This document shows positions 1 to 11,240 of a DNA stretch of 64,000 nucleotides, one piece after another. Under the pieces are notes generated by a model, which saw only the letters and a program-made list of their open reading frames with translations, was not told the origin of the DNA and did no database searches. The stretch's first letter is position 1. Every line of letters starts with the position of its first letter. A program made the position numbers and the translations under genes. Source of the stretch: Eubacteriales bacterium (GTDB taxonomy: Bacteria > Bacillota > Clostridia > Christensenellales > CALWSW01); assembly GCA_031553675.1 (NCBI GenBank), contig JAVBLF010000084.1:375-64374 (forward strand), read 5' to 3'.

Positions 1-906
<906 letters not shown>

Positions 907-923
907 AAAAACTTCGCGTTTCC

Positions 924-945
924 AAGTGGCCGAAAGGCCACTTTT
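924..945 (+). terminator. Rho-independent terminator after guaB
   Basis: AAGTGGCC-GAAA-GGCCACTT hairpin followed by a T run. Confidence 0.7.
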
Positions 946-988
946 CGCGTGGGCCTCACCAACTTCACCCCAATTCACAGTCCGACGG

Positions 989-1017
989 TTGTCAAGCGGT
1001 CGCTTTTTCTGTATGAT
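989..1017 (+). promoter_or_regulatory. sigmaA-type promoter for larC
   Basis: TTGTCA-17 nt-TATGAT. Confidence 0.55.
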
Positions 1018-1089
1018 AGTGCATAGGATAATGGTGCTTCTTGGAATGAGGAAAACCCACCCGTAAGGGCATCACAAAGGGGTAACGCG

Positions 1090-2586
1090 ATGAAGACATT
1101 GTACCTCGACTGCGCGAGCGGCATCAGCGGCGACATGACGCTGGGTGCCCTGCTGGATCTCGGCGCGAACGAAGGCGTACTGAAAAAGGCGCTTAACAGC
1201 CTTCCTTGTGCGAACGAGTTCCGCGTGCTCGTGCAGAAGACGCAGAAATATGGCTTGACCGGCACACACGTCAAAGTGCGACTCGTGGCCCATCCCACGC
1301 GCCCGCGCACGGGGTTTCGCGACCTCGGCGAAAGCGAGGAATGCGATGCCACGCCCAGCTTCCCTCCCGCGTGCGAGGGGAGCTTTTCGGACGGCGCCGG
1401 CTTTTCCCACGACCACGACCACGGGTTTGCGCACGGCCATGATCACTCCCACGATCACGATCACCCCCACGACCATCCGCATGACAACGGCCACGCGAGC
1501 GGCCTGTGGGAGGATCCGGTTTACGGACAAGCCCCCATTCCCGCGCCCGTCTCGGAAGAGGGAGAAGCGCATCAGAACTTCTTGCCGCCGCGCATTGGCT
1601 ATACCGCCATACTCGCCCAGATCGACCGCAGCGCGATGAGCCCTTATGCCAAATCCAAAGCAAAGTCGATACTCGAAAAGCTCGCCCTGGCCGAATCCCA
1701 CGTCCACGGCGTCGACATCGAAGAGGTTCACTTCCACGAGATCGGGGCCGTCGATACGATCGTCGACATTTGCGGCGCCGTCGTGCTGCTCGAAAATCTC
1801 GACGTAGGGCGCGTGATCGCTTCGCCCGTCAACCTTGGCGGGGGGCGCATCATGTTCTCCCACGGCTCCCTCGGCGTACCCGCTCCGGCCGTCGCGCGGC
1901 TGCTGGAAAACAAACCCATCTACGGCGACATCCCCTCGCGCGGCGAATTGACCACACCGACCGGCGCGGCCATCCTCGCCGCCATATGCGACGAGTTCGC
2001 TCCTATGCCGCCGATGTACATCGCCGCCCAGGGCTGCGGCTTCGGTACCCGCGACACCGGCATGCCCAATGCGCTGCGTGCCTATCTCGGCGTCACGCGC
2101 GAGAACAAAGCCGAGCGCGAGCCCAACGACAACGACATCGAGCAGGTCTGCGTGCTCGAGACGACGATCGACGATATGACGGGGGAAGCGTTGGCCTTTG
2201 CCGCCGAAACCCTTCGCGATTCGGGCGCGCTCGAGGTCTACTTCACATCGGTCTCGATGAAGAAGAACCGCCCCGCCGTCAAGTTGACCGTCATCTGCGA
2301 GCTCGACAAACGGCGCGACATGGAGATGCTGGTCTTCCGCCACACGAGCACGCTCGGCATTCGCTGCCAGGTCTGCGAGCGCAGTCTTCTTGGCCGCCAC
2401 ACCGTCACCGTCGAAACGCAATACGGCCCCATCCGCGTCAAGTGCGCGCAGTACAAGGGCGAAGTCATCCGCTGTAAACCCGAGTTCGACGATTGCAGCG
2501 CCGCCGCCATCCGCTATGACCAGCCGCTTCACAAGGTCTACGAAAACGCGCTGGAAGTCTACCGGAAAATTCGCAAATACAAATAA
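1090..2586 (+). CDS. larC: Nickel pincer cofactor biosynthesis nickel insertase LarC
   Basis: N-terminal LYLDCASGISGDMTLGALLDLG, His-rich tract, HFHEIGAVDTIVDI, GELTTPTGAA, C-terminal KPEFDDC. Confidence 0.92.
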   Translation: MKTLYLDCASGISGDMTLGALLDLGANEGVLKKALNSLPCANEFRVLVQKTQKYGLTGTHVKVRLVAHPTRPRTGFRDLGESEECDATPSFPPACEGSFSDGAGFSHDHDHGFAHGHDHSHDHDHPHDHPHDNGHASGLWEDPVYGQAPIPAPVSEEGEAHQNFLPPRIGYTAILAQIDRSAMSPYAKSKAKSILEKLALAESHVHGVDIEEVHFHEIGAVDTIVDICGAVVLLENLDVGRVIASPVNLGGGRIMFSHGSLGVPAPAVARLLENKPIYGDIPSRGELTTPTGAAILAAICDEFAPMPPMYIAAQGCGFGTRDTGMPNALRAYLGVTRENKAEREPNDNDIEQVCVLETTIDDMTGEALAFAAETLRDSGALEVYFTSVSMKKNRPAVKLTVICELDKRRDMEMLVFRHTSTLGIRCQVCERSLLGRHTVTVETQYGPIRVKCAQYKGEVIRCKPEFDDCSAAAIRYDQPLHKVYENALEVYRKIRKYK

Positions 2587-2768
2587 ACAAACCGAAGCCT
2601 TTCGCCCTCCCTCACACACACGAGGAAGGGCGAGTTTTGTATGCGGTGACAACGAAATCCCCGCCAAAGGCATGGCGGGGATTTCGGGGATATACAAAAG
2701 TTCTTTTGCTCCTTCTCTTTCAAGAAAAGGAGAGGAAAAAACAAGAAAATAAGAGGAAAAACAAAACA

Positions 2769-4139
2769 TTAAGGCGTAACCGTGATGAAGTCCTGCCGGA
2801 CGTAGCCCTCGACGCCGGCGATGCTAACCTTGTACCAGTCGCCTTCTTTGCCGACGATGTCGACGGTCCTGCCGTTGGCGATGCCCATGACGATCTCGCC
2901 GTCGGTGCTGGGCGTCTTGCGGACGTTGGCGTTGCCGCTCGTGACCTTGATGACGCCGGTCTGCTTCTGGGTCGAGACGTTGGCGGGCAGGATGTAGAGG
3001 CTTTGGAGCTTGCCTTGGGCATCGATGCTCGACACCTCCTGGCCGACTGACACGAGCGCGAAGCCGTTTGCGAAGGATTCGGCGCTGTCGAAGGCGAACT
3101 CGGTGACGGGTTGTCCGCTCAGGTCGATGTAGCCCCATTTGCCGTTTTGCTTGACGGCGGCGAGGCCGTCGGCGTAGGGCTCTGCGGCTTCGTATACGCA
3201 TTCGACCGTCTGTGCGCCGTCTTTGTCGATGAAGCCCCACTTGCCGTTCTTCTTGACGGCGGCGCGTTCCTCGGTGAAGGCCTTGGCGTCTTCAAACACG
3301 GCGGCGTCGCCAAACTGCTGCTGGCCCATCATGTTGTAGTAGACGTACTGGTTGTCCGCCTTTTTGACCGCGACGAGTCCCTGCGAGAAGACGCCTGCCT
3401 CCGCTTTTCCGATGCCCTTCGTCACGACGCCCGACGTATCGATGAAGTGGTAGCTCATCGAGCCGTCTGCGTCCTTGGTGCCGACGGTCGCGACAGTGCC
3501 CGAGAAGTCTTCCGCAAAATCAAAGTTGAGCGGGATCGCGGGGTTGTTGGGGGCATCGGCGCTGATGTAGCCCCACTTGCCCTCTTTTTGCACGCGGGCC
3601 AGACCACTCGAGAAATCGCCGACCGCATCGTATTCGTAGTTGAAGGTCAGTGCGAAACTCGCGTTGACAAAGCCCCAGTGCGAGCCCTGTTTGACCGCCG
3701 CAAAGCCTTCTTTAAAAGGATGTGCGTCTTCGTAGCTCGGCTGCGCGAGAACTTCGCCGTTTTCGCCGATCACCTGGTAGCGGATACCGCCGTCCTGCTT
3801 GACAGCGACGAAAGCCATGCCTTCCGAGAAGGGTTGTACATTCTCGTAAATCGCGTCGATCGCGACGTCGCCGTTGTCGTCCTTGAAGCCCCAGGTGCCG
3901 CCTGTACCTGCGGAGTTGGAATTGAAATAGGGGAAGAGGCGCGAAGCCGGCGGCTTGGCCGTGGGCGTCGGCGGGGGCGTCGGCGCGGTCGAATCGGGCG
4001 TCGGCGTGAGACTGGTCGCCTCTTCGGGCAGACCGCCGCGTCCCAAAATCACAAAAAGTAACGTCGCGATCGCGACGACGATGATCAAGAGCGGAAAGTA
4101 GATCCAAGTCTTGAGTTTCCTTCTTCTGCGACGAGCCAT
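2769..4139 (-). CDS. Membrane-anchored WG-repeat protein with C-terminal bacterial SH3 domain
   Basis: Basic N-terminus plus TM helix, Pro/Thr linker, repeated FSEGLAAVK...GKWGYID units, C-terminal ANVRKTPS...WYKV...GYVRQDFI. SD GGAGGT before ATG 4139. Confidence 0.85.
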   Translation of the reverse strand: MARRRRRKLKTWIYFPLLIIVVAIATLLFVILGRGGLPEEATSLTPTPDSTAPTPPPTPTAKPPASRLFPYFNSNSAGTGGTWGFKDDNGDVAIDAIYENVQPFSEGMAFVAVKQDGGIRYQVIGENGEVLAQPSYEDAHPFKEGFAAVKQGSHWGFVNASFALTFNYEYDAVGDFSSGLARVQKEGKWGYISADAPNNPAIPLNFDFAEDFSGTVATVGTKDADGSMSYHFIDTSGVVTKGIGKAEAGVFSQGLVAVKKADNQYVYYNMMGQQQFGDAAVFEDAKAFTEERAAVKKNGKWGFIDKDGAQTVECVYEAAEPYADGLAAVKQNGKWGYIDLSGQPVTEFAFDSAESFANGFALVSVGQEVSSIDAQGKLQSLYILPANVSTQKQTGVIKVTSGNANVRKTPSTDGEIVMGIANGRTVDIVGKEGDWYKVSIAGVEGYVRQDFITVTP

Positions 4140-4427
4140 GGGCCACCTCCGAAACGGCATATCTCACAAGGCGAACGCATCCGCTTGTGGTTTTCGGGAA
4201 AACGGGGTACAATAGGAGCGAAGTTTCGACCCAATAAGCGCTTTGCCGAACGCCATTATTATAACATACGGATATACAAGATGCACTCTTTTTGTGTATG
4301 AACGAGAAACATTTTCGGATGAGTTAAAACCCATGCCTTTCGCCATTGGTTTTGTAGAATATTGTTGCTTTGCACAGGAAAAACGCACTTGCCATCGCGC
4401 GAGTCGTTGATCTGACTGGAGGATGCT

Positions 4428-5303
4428 ATGCCCAAGTTCGCGCTGTTTACTGACTCTGCCTGCGACATGCCCCTCGCGTTCCTACAGGAACACGACGTTC
4501 ACACCTTGTTTATGCGCTACAGCATCGACGGGCAGGAAAGCGTCGATACGATGACGGTCGAGAGCGCAAAGGCGTTTTTCGCCGCGATGCGTGAGGGAAA
4601 GACGCCGCGCACGACCCAGGTGTCGACACAGCAGTGCCTCGACGGGTGGCTGCCAGTCTACGAGACGGGCATGCCGATCGTGTACGTTGCGCTTTCGTCC
4701 GGCCTGAGTGGTTCCTACAACAGCGCCTGCTTGGCGCGCGCGCAATTTTTGGAAGAGCATCCCGACGCCGAGATCCATGTTGTCGATTCGCTCTGCGCGT
4801 GCCAGGGAGAGGGCTTGCTGGTCGACGCGGCGGTGCGCTTGCGCGACGAGGAAAAGACGGCCGCAGAATGCGCGAAATGGCTGGAAGACAACCGGCTCAA
4901 CGTCAACGCGTGGTTTACCGTGCAGGACCTCGTTTACCTCAAACGCGGCGGGCGCGTGTCGGCGGCGTCGGCGGCGATTGGCACGATGCTCGACATCAAG
5001 CCGATCATCAACGTCGACACGCAAGGGCACCTGATCCCGCGCCAGAAGGTCAAGGGACGCAAGCGCGCCATCAAGACCTTGGCCGAGATTGCCCTCGCGC
5101 AGCGGACCGAGCAGAGCAACGCCTACCCCTTTTACATCACGCATGGCGACTGCTTCGAAGACGCGTCGGCGCTGGCCGAGCAGCTCAGGGCGGGCGGCGC
5201 AGCCGACGTCAAGCTCAACGATATGGGCTCGATCATCGGCACGCATACCGGCCCGGGTATCATCGCGCTCTTTTACTTCGGCAAGACGCGCCCCGAAGAA
5301 TAG
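4428..5303 (+). CDS. DegV family fatty-acid-binding protein (FakB-like)
   Basis: TDSACD, LSSGLSGSYNSA, YLKRGGRVS, GTHTGPG motifs. Confidence 0.93.
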   Translation: MPKFALFTDSACDMPLAFLQEHDVHTLFMRYSIDGQESVDTMTVESAKAFFAAMREGKTPRTTQVSTQQCLDGWLPVYETGMPIVYVALSSGLSGSYNSACLARAQFLEEHPDAEIHVVDSLCACQGEGLLVDAAVRLRDEEKTAAECAKWLEDNRLNVNAWFTVQDLVYLKRGGRVSAASAAIGTMLDIKPIINVDTQGHLIPRQKVKGRKRAIKTLAEIALAQRTEQSNAYPFYITHGDCFEDASALAEQLRAGGAADVKLNDMGSIIGTHTGPGIIALFYFGKTRPEE

Positions 5304-5313
5304 ACCGGAATCG

Positions 5314-5348
5314 AAAAAGTGACCTGCGCAGTGCAAGTCACTTTTTTT
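5314..5348. terminator. Bidirectional terminator between convergent DegV and HD genes
   Basis: AAAAAGTGAC...GTCACTTTTTTT inverted repeat. Confidence 0.75.
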
Positions 5349-5350
5349 GA

Positions 5351-5947
5351 TCACTTGGCAGCGGCCCGGGCGCGGCGCCGCTCGACGCGCTTTTGGAGCG
5401 CGAGCGATGCGCTGGCGAAAAGCTCGGTCGTCGCGCAACACTTATCGACAAGCGAGACGATTTGGGCTTCCCAGCGGAAGGAAATGCCGCCCAGCGGGAA
5501 CATGTGCTTGACGATGATCTCCTCTTCCAAGGGGGTCAGAGCAGTGAGCTTTCGCGCGTTTTTCAGCGCCTGGCGCGGATGCGTGAAGGCCAACCAGCCT
5601 TTTTCCCAGGGGCTTTCTTCGAAATCGTCCTGGATGCCCTCCTTGTCAAAAAACAAGTCGTGCAAAAGTCCGCCGCGCGCGGCGGCGCGGTAATTGAGAC
5701 CCCAGGCATGGCAGATCAAAAAGCTGTAATACGATACGCCCAGGCTGTGCGCCAGGCGCGACACGAGCATGTGCTGGTTGAAAGCAGCCAAACGGCGTAC
5801 TTGCGGCGTATCGATGATGTCTTCCACGCATGCGAGGTATGTTTCGACGTAGGGCAGATCGTTTTGCAGGAAGGTTTCACGGCTAAACAGAGGGGAAATG
5901 GCAATCACATCTTTCGGAAGCAATCGTTGGTCGTACAGCGTTAGCAT
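5351..5947 (-). CDS. HD-domain metal-dependent phosphohydrolase
   Basis: SRLAHS...GGLLHDLF...HP...KHMFP...DK motifs. Confidence 0.85.
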   Translation of the reverse strand: MLTLYDQRLLPKDVIAISPLFSRETFLQNDLPYVETYLACVEDIIDTPQVRRLAAFNQHMLVSRLAHSLGVSYYSFLICHAWGLNYRAAARGGLLHDLFFDKEGIQDDFEESPWEKGWLAFTHPRQALKNARKLTALTPLEEEIIVKHMFPLGGISFRWEAQIVSLVDKCCATTELFASASLALQKRVERRRARAAAK

Positions 5948-6130
5948 ACGCCTGCCGCGCGAAATGATGCGCGGTTCCTAACAGTATACCACTTTTTTCG
6001 CCGCCGACGTACCGCTTTTTGCATCAGAGGAACAAAAACCTCTTCGCCCCCAAACGCATCGCGCTTTTTGCTGCGTCGCATGCCGGATTGCCTGGCTTTG
6101 AACCAGGAAACATCTCGGAAGCCAAGCCGA

Positions 6131-7618
6131 TTATGGGCGCTTTTCTTGGCGCTCCACAACGCACAAATACGCGCCATACGCCTCTCGCCAGCGCTCGACG
6201 TCCTCTGGAAGGAATTCCAGGGTTCCGCTCGAACGGCGCACAAGTTCCTGCGCTTCTTCCAAGGAAGCGACGTCGCCACAAGCGATCAGCTGTGCCATCA
6301 GATTTCCGATCGCAGTACCTTCCACATGTCCGACGCGCACGGGGCGATCGATCGCGTTGGCCGTGAACTGCATCAGGAGGCCGTTTTGTGTGCCCCCGCC
6401 GACGGCGTCCAGCACGTCGAGCGGCGCGCCCAACGCGCCCTCGAAGGAGCGAAACGCCCATGCAAAGCGCATTGCGAGACTCTCTGTGATTACGCGCAAC
6501 ACGTCGCCGATGCTTTCAGGGATGTGCTGACCGCTTTCCGCGCAGTAGTCTCGGACGCGTTGGGGCATGTCGCCGCTGGAAAAAAAGCGCTCGTCGTCCG
6601 GATTGACAAAGGCTTGAAACGGTTTTGCGTCGCTTGCGAATCTCGTGAATGTATTCCAATCGATCGGCGCGACATGGGTTTCGTAATGGCGCTTGCATTC
6701 CTGGAGCATCCAAAGGCCGTTGATGTTTTTCGCCGGACGGAAGCTGCCCTGGAATGTGCCCTCGTTTGTGAAGCGGTCGCGGTAAAAGGCGTCGGTCAAA
6801 ATGGGTTGATCGCGCACGATGCCCACGATGCACCAGGTACCGGTCGACAAGTAAGCGCTGTGGGCGCTGCTCGGCACGGCGGCCAACACAGCGCTGGCCG
6901 TGTCGTGCGAAGCGACCGATACGACGGGGCAGCCCAGCCCCGTCGCCACCTCGATCAAAGGTAGGGTCTGCCCAACGACCCGTCCGGGCGGCGTGATCGC
7001 CGTCAAAAAGCGGCTGGGCAATTGCAGGGTGTTGAGCAGTTCGTAATCCCAGGCCTTCGCGAAGGGATTCATGAACTGCGTCGTCGAAGCGTTGCTGTAC
7101 TCGGTCGTCATTTCGCCGCACAGGAAGTAATTGAGGAGGTCGGGGATCATGAGAAGTGTCTCGGCTGTTTCGAGCGCGGGATCGTCGAGCGCCACCATGC
7201 CCGCCAGGTGGTAGAGCGTGTTGACGAGCGACGGGCAATTGGCCGTGCGCCGGTAAATCGTCTCCGCTGGCACGATGCCATGCAACGCGTCCATCATTCC
7301 GGTGGTGCGCGGGTCGCGGTAACAGTGCGGGTGGCCGATCAGTTGGCCGCGCCGGTCGAGCAGACCGAAGTCCACCCCCCAGGTATCGATGCCGATCGAG
7401 GCGGCGTCGCCAAAGCGTTTTCGAAAGGCCGCCATACCTTCTTGGATGTGGCCGTATATCGCGAAGATGTCCCACAAAAGGTCGTCTTTCATGGTCGTAT
7501 AGCCGTTTGGAAAGCGCGTGCAAGCTTCCAGGGAGAGCCGTTCGCCGTCGAAGTGTCCGGCGAGCACGCGTCCGCCACTCGCACCGACGTCAACTACGAC
7601 ATAATGTTTCGCCGTCAT
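6131..7618 (-). CDS. rhaB: Rhamnulokinase-like FGGY sugar kinase
   Basis: DVGASGGR, GIDTWGVDF, YRDPRT, SHDTASAV, STGTW, FTNEG, GLWMLQE. Confidence 0.85.
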   Translation of the reverse strand: MTAKHYVVVDVGASGGRVLAGHFDGERLSLEACTRFPNGYTTMKDDLLWDIFAIYGHIQEGMAAFRKRFGDAASIGIDTWGVDFGLLDRRGQLIGHPHCYRDPRTTGMMDALHGIVPAETIYRRTANCPSLVNTLYHLAGMVALDDPALETAETLLMIPDLLNYFLCGEMTTEYSNASTTQFMNPFAKAWDYELLNTLQLPSRFLTAITPPGRVVGQTLPLIEVATGLGCPVVSVASHDTASAVLAAVPSSAHSAYLSTGTWCIVGIVRDQPILTDAFYRDRFTNEGTFQGSFRPAKNINGLWMLQECKRHYETHVAPIDWNTFTRFASDAKPFQAFVNPDDERFFSSGDMPQRVRDYCAESGQHIPESIGDVLRVITESLAMRFAWAFRSFEGALGAPLDVLDAVGGGTQNGLLMQFTANAIDRPVRVGHVEGTAIGNLMAQLIACGDVASLEEAQELVRRSSGTLEFLPEDVERWREAYGAYLCVVERQEKRP

Positions 7619-7717
7619 ATCCGCAAACCTCCGTATGATCGTTTCGTTCCGCAGGAAAGATGCCGATGCTTGGCAGAAAGGGTGAGATCGGGTGGAAATG
7701 GAAAGATTCTACGTTCG

Positions 7718-7746
7718 ATTATAGCAGCGCGGGACGATCGATACAA
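7718..7746 (-). promoter_or_regulatory. sigmaA promoter for the rhaB-like gene
   Basis: Minus strand TTGTAT-17-TATAAT with TG extended -10. Confidence 0.65.
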
Positions 7747-7863
7747 GCGTGCGATGATTGAAACGATCATCGATCGCCGCCACCGCCGTGAAAACCCTCC
7801 CCACGAACGCGTGTGGTGTGCTATACTGGTGATGAGCAGGAAACAAATGCGGGGGTTGAGATC

Positions 7864-8658
7864 ATGTTTGCGTCGGCGAGGATGGAAAAAATCAAAGAGC
7901 TGATGAAGGAGATCAAAAAGATCGAGATCTCCTCGCTCGTTTCGATCTTGCAGGTTTCCGAAGCCACCATTCGACGGGATCTCGAAAAACTGGAGCAAGA
8001 AGGCTTTTTGTACCGCACCCATGGCGGCGCGGTCTTGATCGAGCCCAAAGAGCCGGAAGCCGAAGCGGAGATCGAAAACAGCGAAGAAAAAAACCTCGTC
8101 GGCTACATCGCCGCCCAACTCGTGAACGACGGCCAGATCATCTTCGTCGGCGACGGCACGACCTGCCTGGCGATGTGCAAGCACCTCAAAAACAAGCGCG
8201 ATCTCACCGTCGTCACCAACAACGTCGAAGCCTCTCTGCTGCTCAAAAAGGAGAGCGACGCCAGCGTCGTGCTGACCGGCGGCACCCTCCACACGCGCAA
8301 GGACAGCGTCATGTTGTGCGGCGAATTCGCGCGCAATATGCTGAAGGGAATCTTTGTCGACACCGCGTTTCTCGGCGTGAGCGGCATCGACCTCAACAAC
8401 GGCTATGCGGCCGATTCGCCGGAATGCGGCATGATCTGGAAACTCTGCCACGAAATCGCCAGCGAAACGGCGATCCTCAGCGACAGCAGCAAGTTTGACC
8501 GCAAAAGCCTCTTTCCGCTCGGGCCGCTCGATTGTGTGTCGCGTGTCATCACCGACAAAGGCGTTCCCGACGCCTTCCGCGAGTACTATTTCAGCAAGGG
8601 CATCCCGATCTATACCAGCTACGCGCTCGACGCGCACAAAGACGTCAACGCGATCTGA
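7864..8658 (+). CDS. DeoR/GlpR family transcriptional regulator
   Basis: VSEATIRRDL...RTHGGA wHTH, DGTT, VVTNN, DSSKF. Confidence 0.93.
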   Translation: MFASARMEKIKELMKEIKKIEISSLVSILQVSEATIRRDLEKLEQEGFLYRTHGGAVLIEPKEPEAEAEIENSEEKNLVGYIAAQLVNDGQIIFVGDGTTCLAMCKHLKNKRDLTVVTNNVEASLLLKKESDASVVLTGGTLHTRKDSVMLCGEFARNMLKGIFVDTAFLGVSGIDLNNGYAADSPECGMIWKLCHEIASETAILSDSSKFDRKSLFPLGPLDCVSRVITDKGVPDAFREYYFSKGIPIYTSYALDAHKDVNAI

Positions 8659-8734
8659 TCTCCATTTTCAGCCAATACACGGGGAAGCGAAAAGGGCGCT
8701 GGCGCGACGGGCGCGGCGGCCTGGGGTTTGTGCT

Positions 8735-10234
8735 GTGGAAGAATTTCTGACGGTGCGCGATGTCAGCCTGCACTACATCAACCAAATCGCCCTGCAAGAC
8801 GTATCCGTTTCACTGACGCGCGGCAGCATCCATGCCTTCATCGGTGAAAACGGCGCGGGCAAGTCGTCGCTCATGAAGGTGATCGCGGGCGCTGTTCGGC
8901 CCACATCCGGAAGCGTCTTTTTTCGTGGGCAGCGGATCGACAAGCTCGGCTTCTACGCTGTACAGAAGCTCGGCGTCCGAATGATGTTCCAGGACGTAAA
9001 TTTGGTGCCGAACATGTCGGTGATGGACAACCTCTTTCTCGGCAACTGGATCGCGCCCAAGTCGGGCCTGTTCAAACACGTCGCGATCGACAAAGCCCGG
9101 CAGTGGGAGAAGACGGTCGAGACGCTGCAAACACTCGATTTCGAGCTCGATCCGGCCACGCGGGTGAGCGAGCTCGACATCGGCCAGCAAAAGATGGTCG
9201 AGATCGCCAAGTCGATCCTCTGGGAGTCGTCCGTTCTGATCCTGGACGAAGCGACGGCCTACCTCAACGACCTCGAAACGGCCAAGCTCTTTCGCGTGCT
9301 GCGCCGCGTCGCCGACATGGGCCACACGGTTCTCATGGTGTCGCACAAAATCGAAGAGCTGATCCGCCTGGCCGACGCGATCAGCGTGCTGCGCGAAGGG
9401 CGGCTCATCCGCACCATCCCCAAGGAATCCTACGAGAAGGAGTCGATCCTCCTCAGCATGGCAGTCGGTGGCTACCTCGATCGCTACCCCAAGATCAAGC
9501 TCAAAAAGGGGAGCGAGCTGCTTCGCCTGACGGACGTCGGCGACGGCTTGCGGGTACACGGCATCGAACTGACCCTGCGAAAGCGGGAGATCCTCGGCGT
9601 CTTTGGCCTGGTCGGTTCGGGACGCAGCGCGCTCGCCGATCTGATCACGGGCAATTGCCCGCTGCGGAAGGGACGCATCGACATCGAGGGAAAAGCCGTC
9701 AAGCTCGCCAACCCACGCGACGCCCAACACGCGCGGATCGCCTACATCCCCGCGACGACGATGGATTCCCTCGTGCCGCTCATGAACGCAGAACAGAACA
9801 TCACCCTCTCCAACCTCAGAAGCATCACGTCGCGCGGCATACTCGAAAAACACCTCGAACACGAAATCGCGCAGGACTATGCCTATCGCCTGGGCTTCGA
9901 CAAAATCCCGCTCGAACGCAGCGTCCGCGATCTCTCGGGCGGCACGCGGCAGAAAGTCATGCTCTCCAAAGCGCTGCTGGCCCACGCGAAGATCTTCGTT
10001 TTCAACGAGCCGACGAAGGGCCTCGACATCTCCTCGAAGGTCGAAGCCTACAACCTGATCAACGAGCTGGTGCTCGAAAACGCCGGCATCCTCTTGATCT
10101 CGTCGGACATCAACGAGCTTTTGGGCATGTGCGACCGGCTGCTCATCCTCTACCGCGGGCAGGTCGTCGCCGAACTGAGCGCGAAGGAAATGACCGAGTT
10201 GCAGGTTCTCAATTACGCCTCCGGGCTGCGATAA
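8735..10234 (+). CDS. Ribose-type sugar ABC transporter ATP-binding protein (two NBDs, partly degenerate)
   Basis: GENGAGKS Walker A, ILDEAT, second half LSGGTRQK and VFNEPTKGLD. GTG start at 8735 is inferred. Confidence 0.88.
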   Translation: MEEFLTVRDVSLHYINQIALQDVSVSLTRGSIHAFIGENGAGKSSLMKVIAGAVRPTSGSVFFRGQRIDKLGFYAVQKLGVRMMFQDVNLVPNMSVMDNLFLGNWIAPKSGLFKHVAIDKARQWEKTVETLQTLDFELDPATRVSELDIGQQKMVEIAKSILWESSVLILDEATAYLNDLETAKLFRVLRRVADMGHTVLMVSHKIEELIRLADAISVLREGRLIRTIPKESYEKESILLSMAVGGYLDRYPKIKLKKGSELLRLTDVGDGLRVHGIELTLRKREILGVFGLVGSGRSALADLITGNCPLRKGRIDIEGKAVKLANPRDAQHARIAYIPATTMDSLVPLMNAEQNITLSNLRSITSRGILEKHLEHEIAQDYAYRLGFDKIPLERSVRDLSGGTRQKVMLSKALLAHAKIFVFNEPTKGLDISSKVEAYNLINELVLENAGILLISSDINELLGMCDRLLILYRGQVVAELSAKEMTELQVLNYASGLR

Positions 10235-10244
10235 AGGAGGGAGT

Positions 10245-11219
10245 ATGCAGAAAACGAAAGAACGCGTCGCAGTCGTCTTGCGCAGCCACCCGATCCTGGT
10301 GTTCCTGATCGGCATGATCCTGGTCTTTTCGCTCTTTTCGCCGGGCTTTTTGTCCCTGTCCACGCTCGTGCTGATCGTCAAGCGGACCAGCATCGTCGGC
10401 GTGATCGCGGCCGGCATGACGCTCGTGATCCTGATCGGTGAAATCGACCTCTCGATCGGCGCGATCGGCGCGTTTTCGTCCGTGACCTGCGCGCAGCTCA
10501 TGGCGCACAACCTGCCCTGGCCGCTCGCCACCCTCCTGACGCTCTTGCTTTGCTGCTGCTGGGGCGCGCTCAACGGCTGGATCACCACCCGATTTTCGCT
10601 GCCGGCTTTTTTGATCACGATGGTGATGTCGGGCATCATCCGCACTGTCAGTTCCCTGATCACGGGGACGATGGCGATCCCCATCGCCCAATCCGGTTTT
10701 CTGCGGATCGGCACGGGGAGCCTTCTTTTCATCCCCAATTCCGTGCTGATCCTGGTGTTCGTCTACGCGCTCGGTGTCTTTGTGATGAGCCGGACACCCT
10801 TTGGGCGCTGCGTGGCGGCGATTGGCGGCAACACCCGCGCCGCGGCGCTTTCGGGCATCCGCGTCGACCGCATCAAGCTCACGGTTTTGATCCTCTCGTC
10901 CTGCATGGCGTCGATCAGCGGCCTCATCATGACGAGCAAGCTCTGCGCCGGAACGTCCCAGATCGGAACGTTTTGGGAGATCCCCGTCATCGCGTCCGTG
11001 CTGATCGGCGGCACGCAGTTCGGCGAAGGCGAGGGCCGTCTGATCTCGACACTGCTCGGATCGCTCTGCATCGAGATCATCAGCAGCTTCCAAACCTCGC
11101 TCGGCATGCCATCCTTCACCCAGGAGCTCTTCCGCGGCGTGCTGATCCTCATCGCGATCATCCTCAACAGCCGCAAGCGCTTTTTCAGGAAGTCGAGCGC
11201 TGTGCCGGAGATCTTCTAA
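10245..11219 (+). CDS. Sugar ABC transporter permease (RbsC-like)
   Basis: GMTLVILIGEIDLSIG, AIGGN..AA.LSGI, multiple TM helices. Confidence 0.92.
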   Translation: MQKTKERVAVVLRSHPILVFLIGMILVFSLFSPGFLSLSTLVLIVKRTSIVGVIAAGMTLVILIGEIDLSIGAIGAFSSVTCAQLMAHNLPWPLATLLTLLLCCCWGALNGWITTRFSLPAFLITMVMSGIIRTVSSLITGTMAIPIAQSGFLRIGTGSLLFIPNSVLILVFVYALGVFVMSRTPFGRCVAAIGGNTRAAALSGIRVDRIKLTVLILSSCMASISGLIMTSKLCAGTSQIGTFWEIPVIASVLIGGTQFGEGEGRLISTLLGSLCIEIISSFQTSLGMPSFTQELFRGVLILIAIILNSRKRFFRKSSAVPEIF

Positions 11220-11240
11220 GACGCGGGTGCGCGGGAGCTT

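Noticed and set aside
1018-1089. larC leader as a possible metal or fluoride riboswitch
   Set aside because: Only weak pairing (GGTGC/GCATC). It lacks the conserved NiCo, fluoride or Moco motifs I can recognise.
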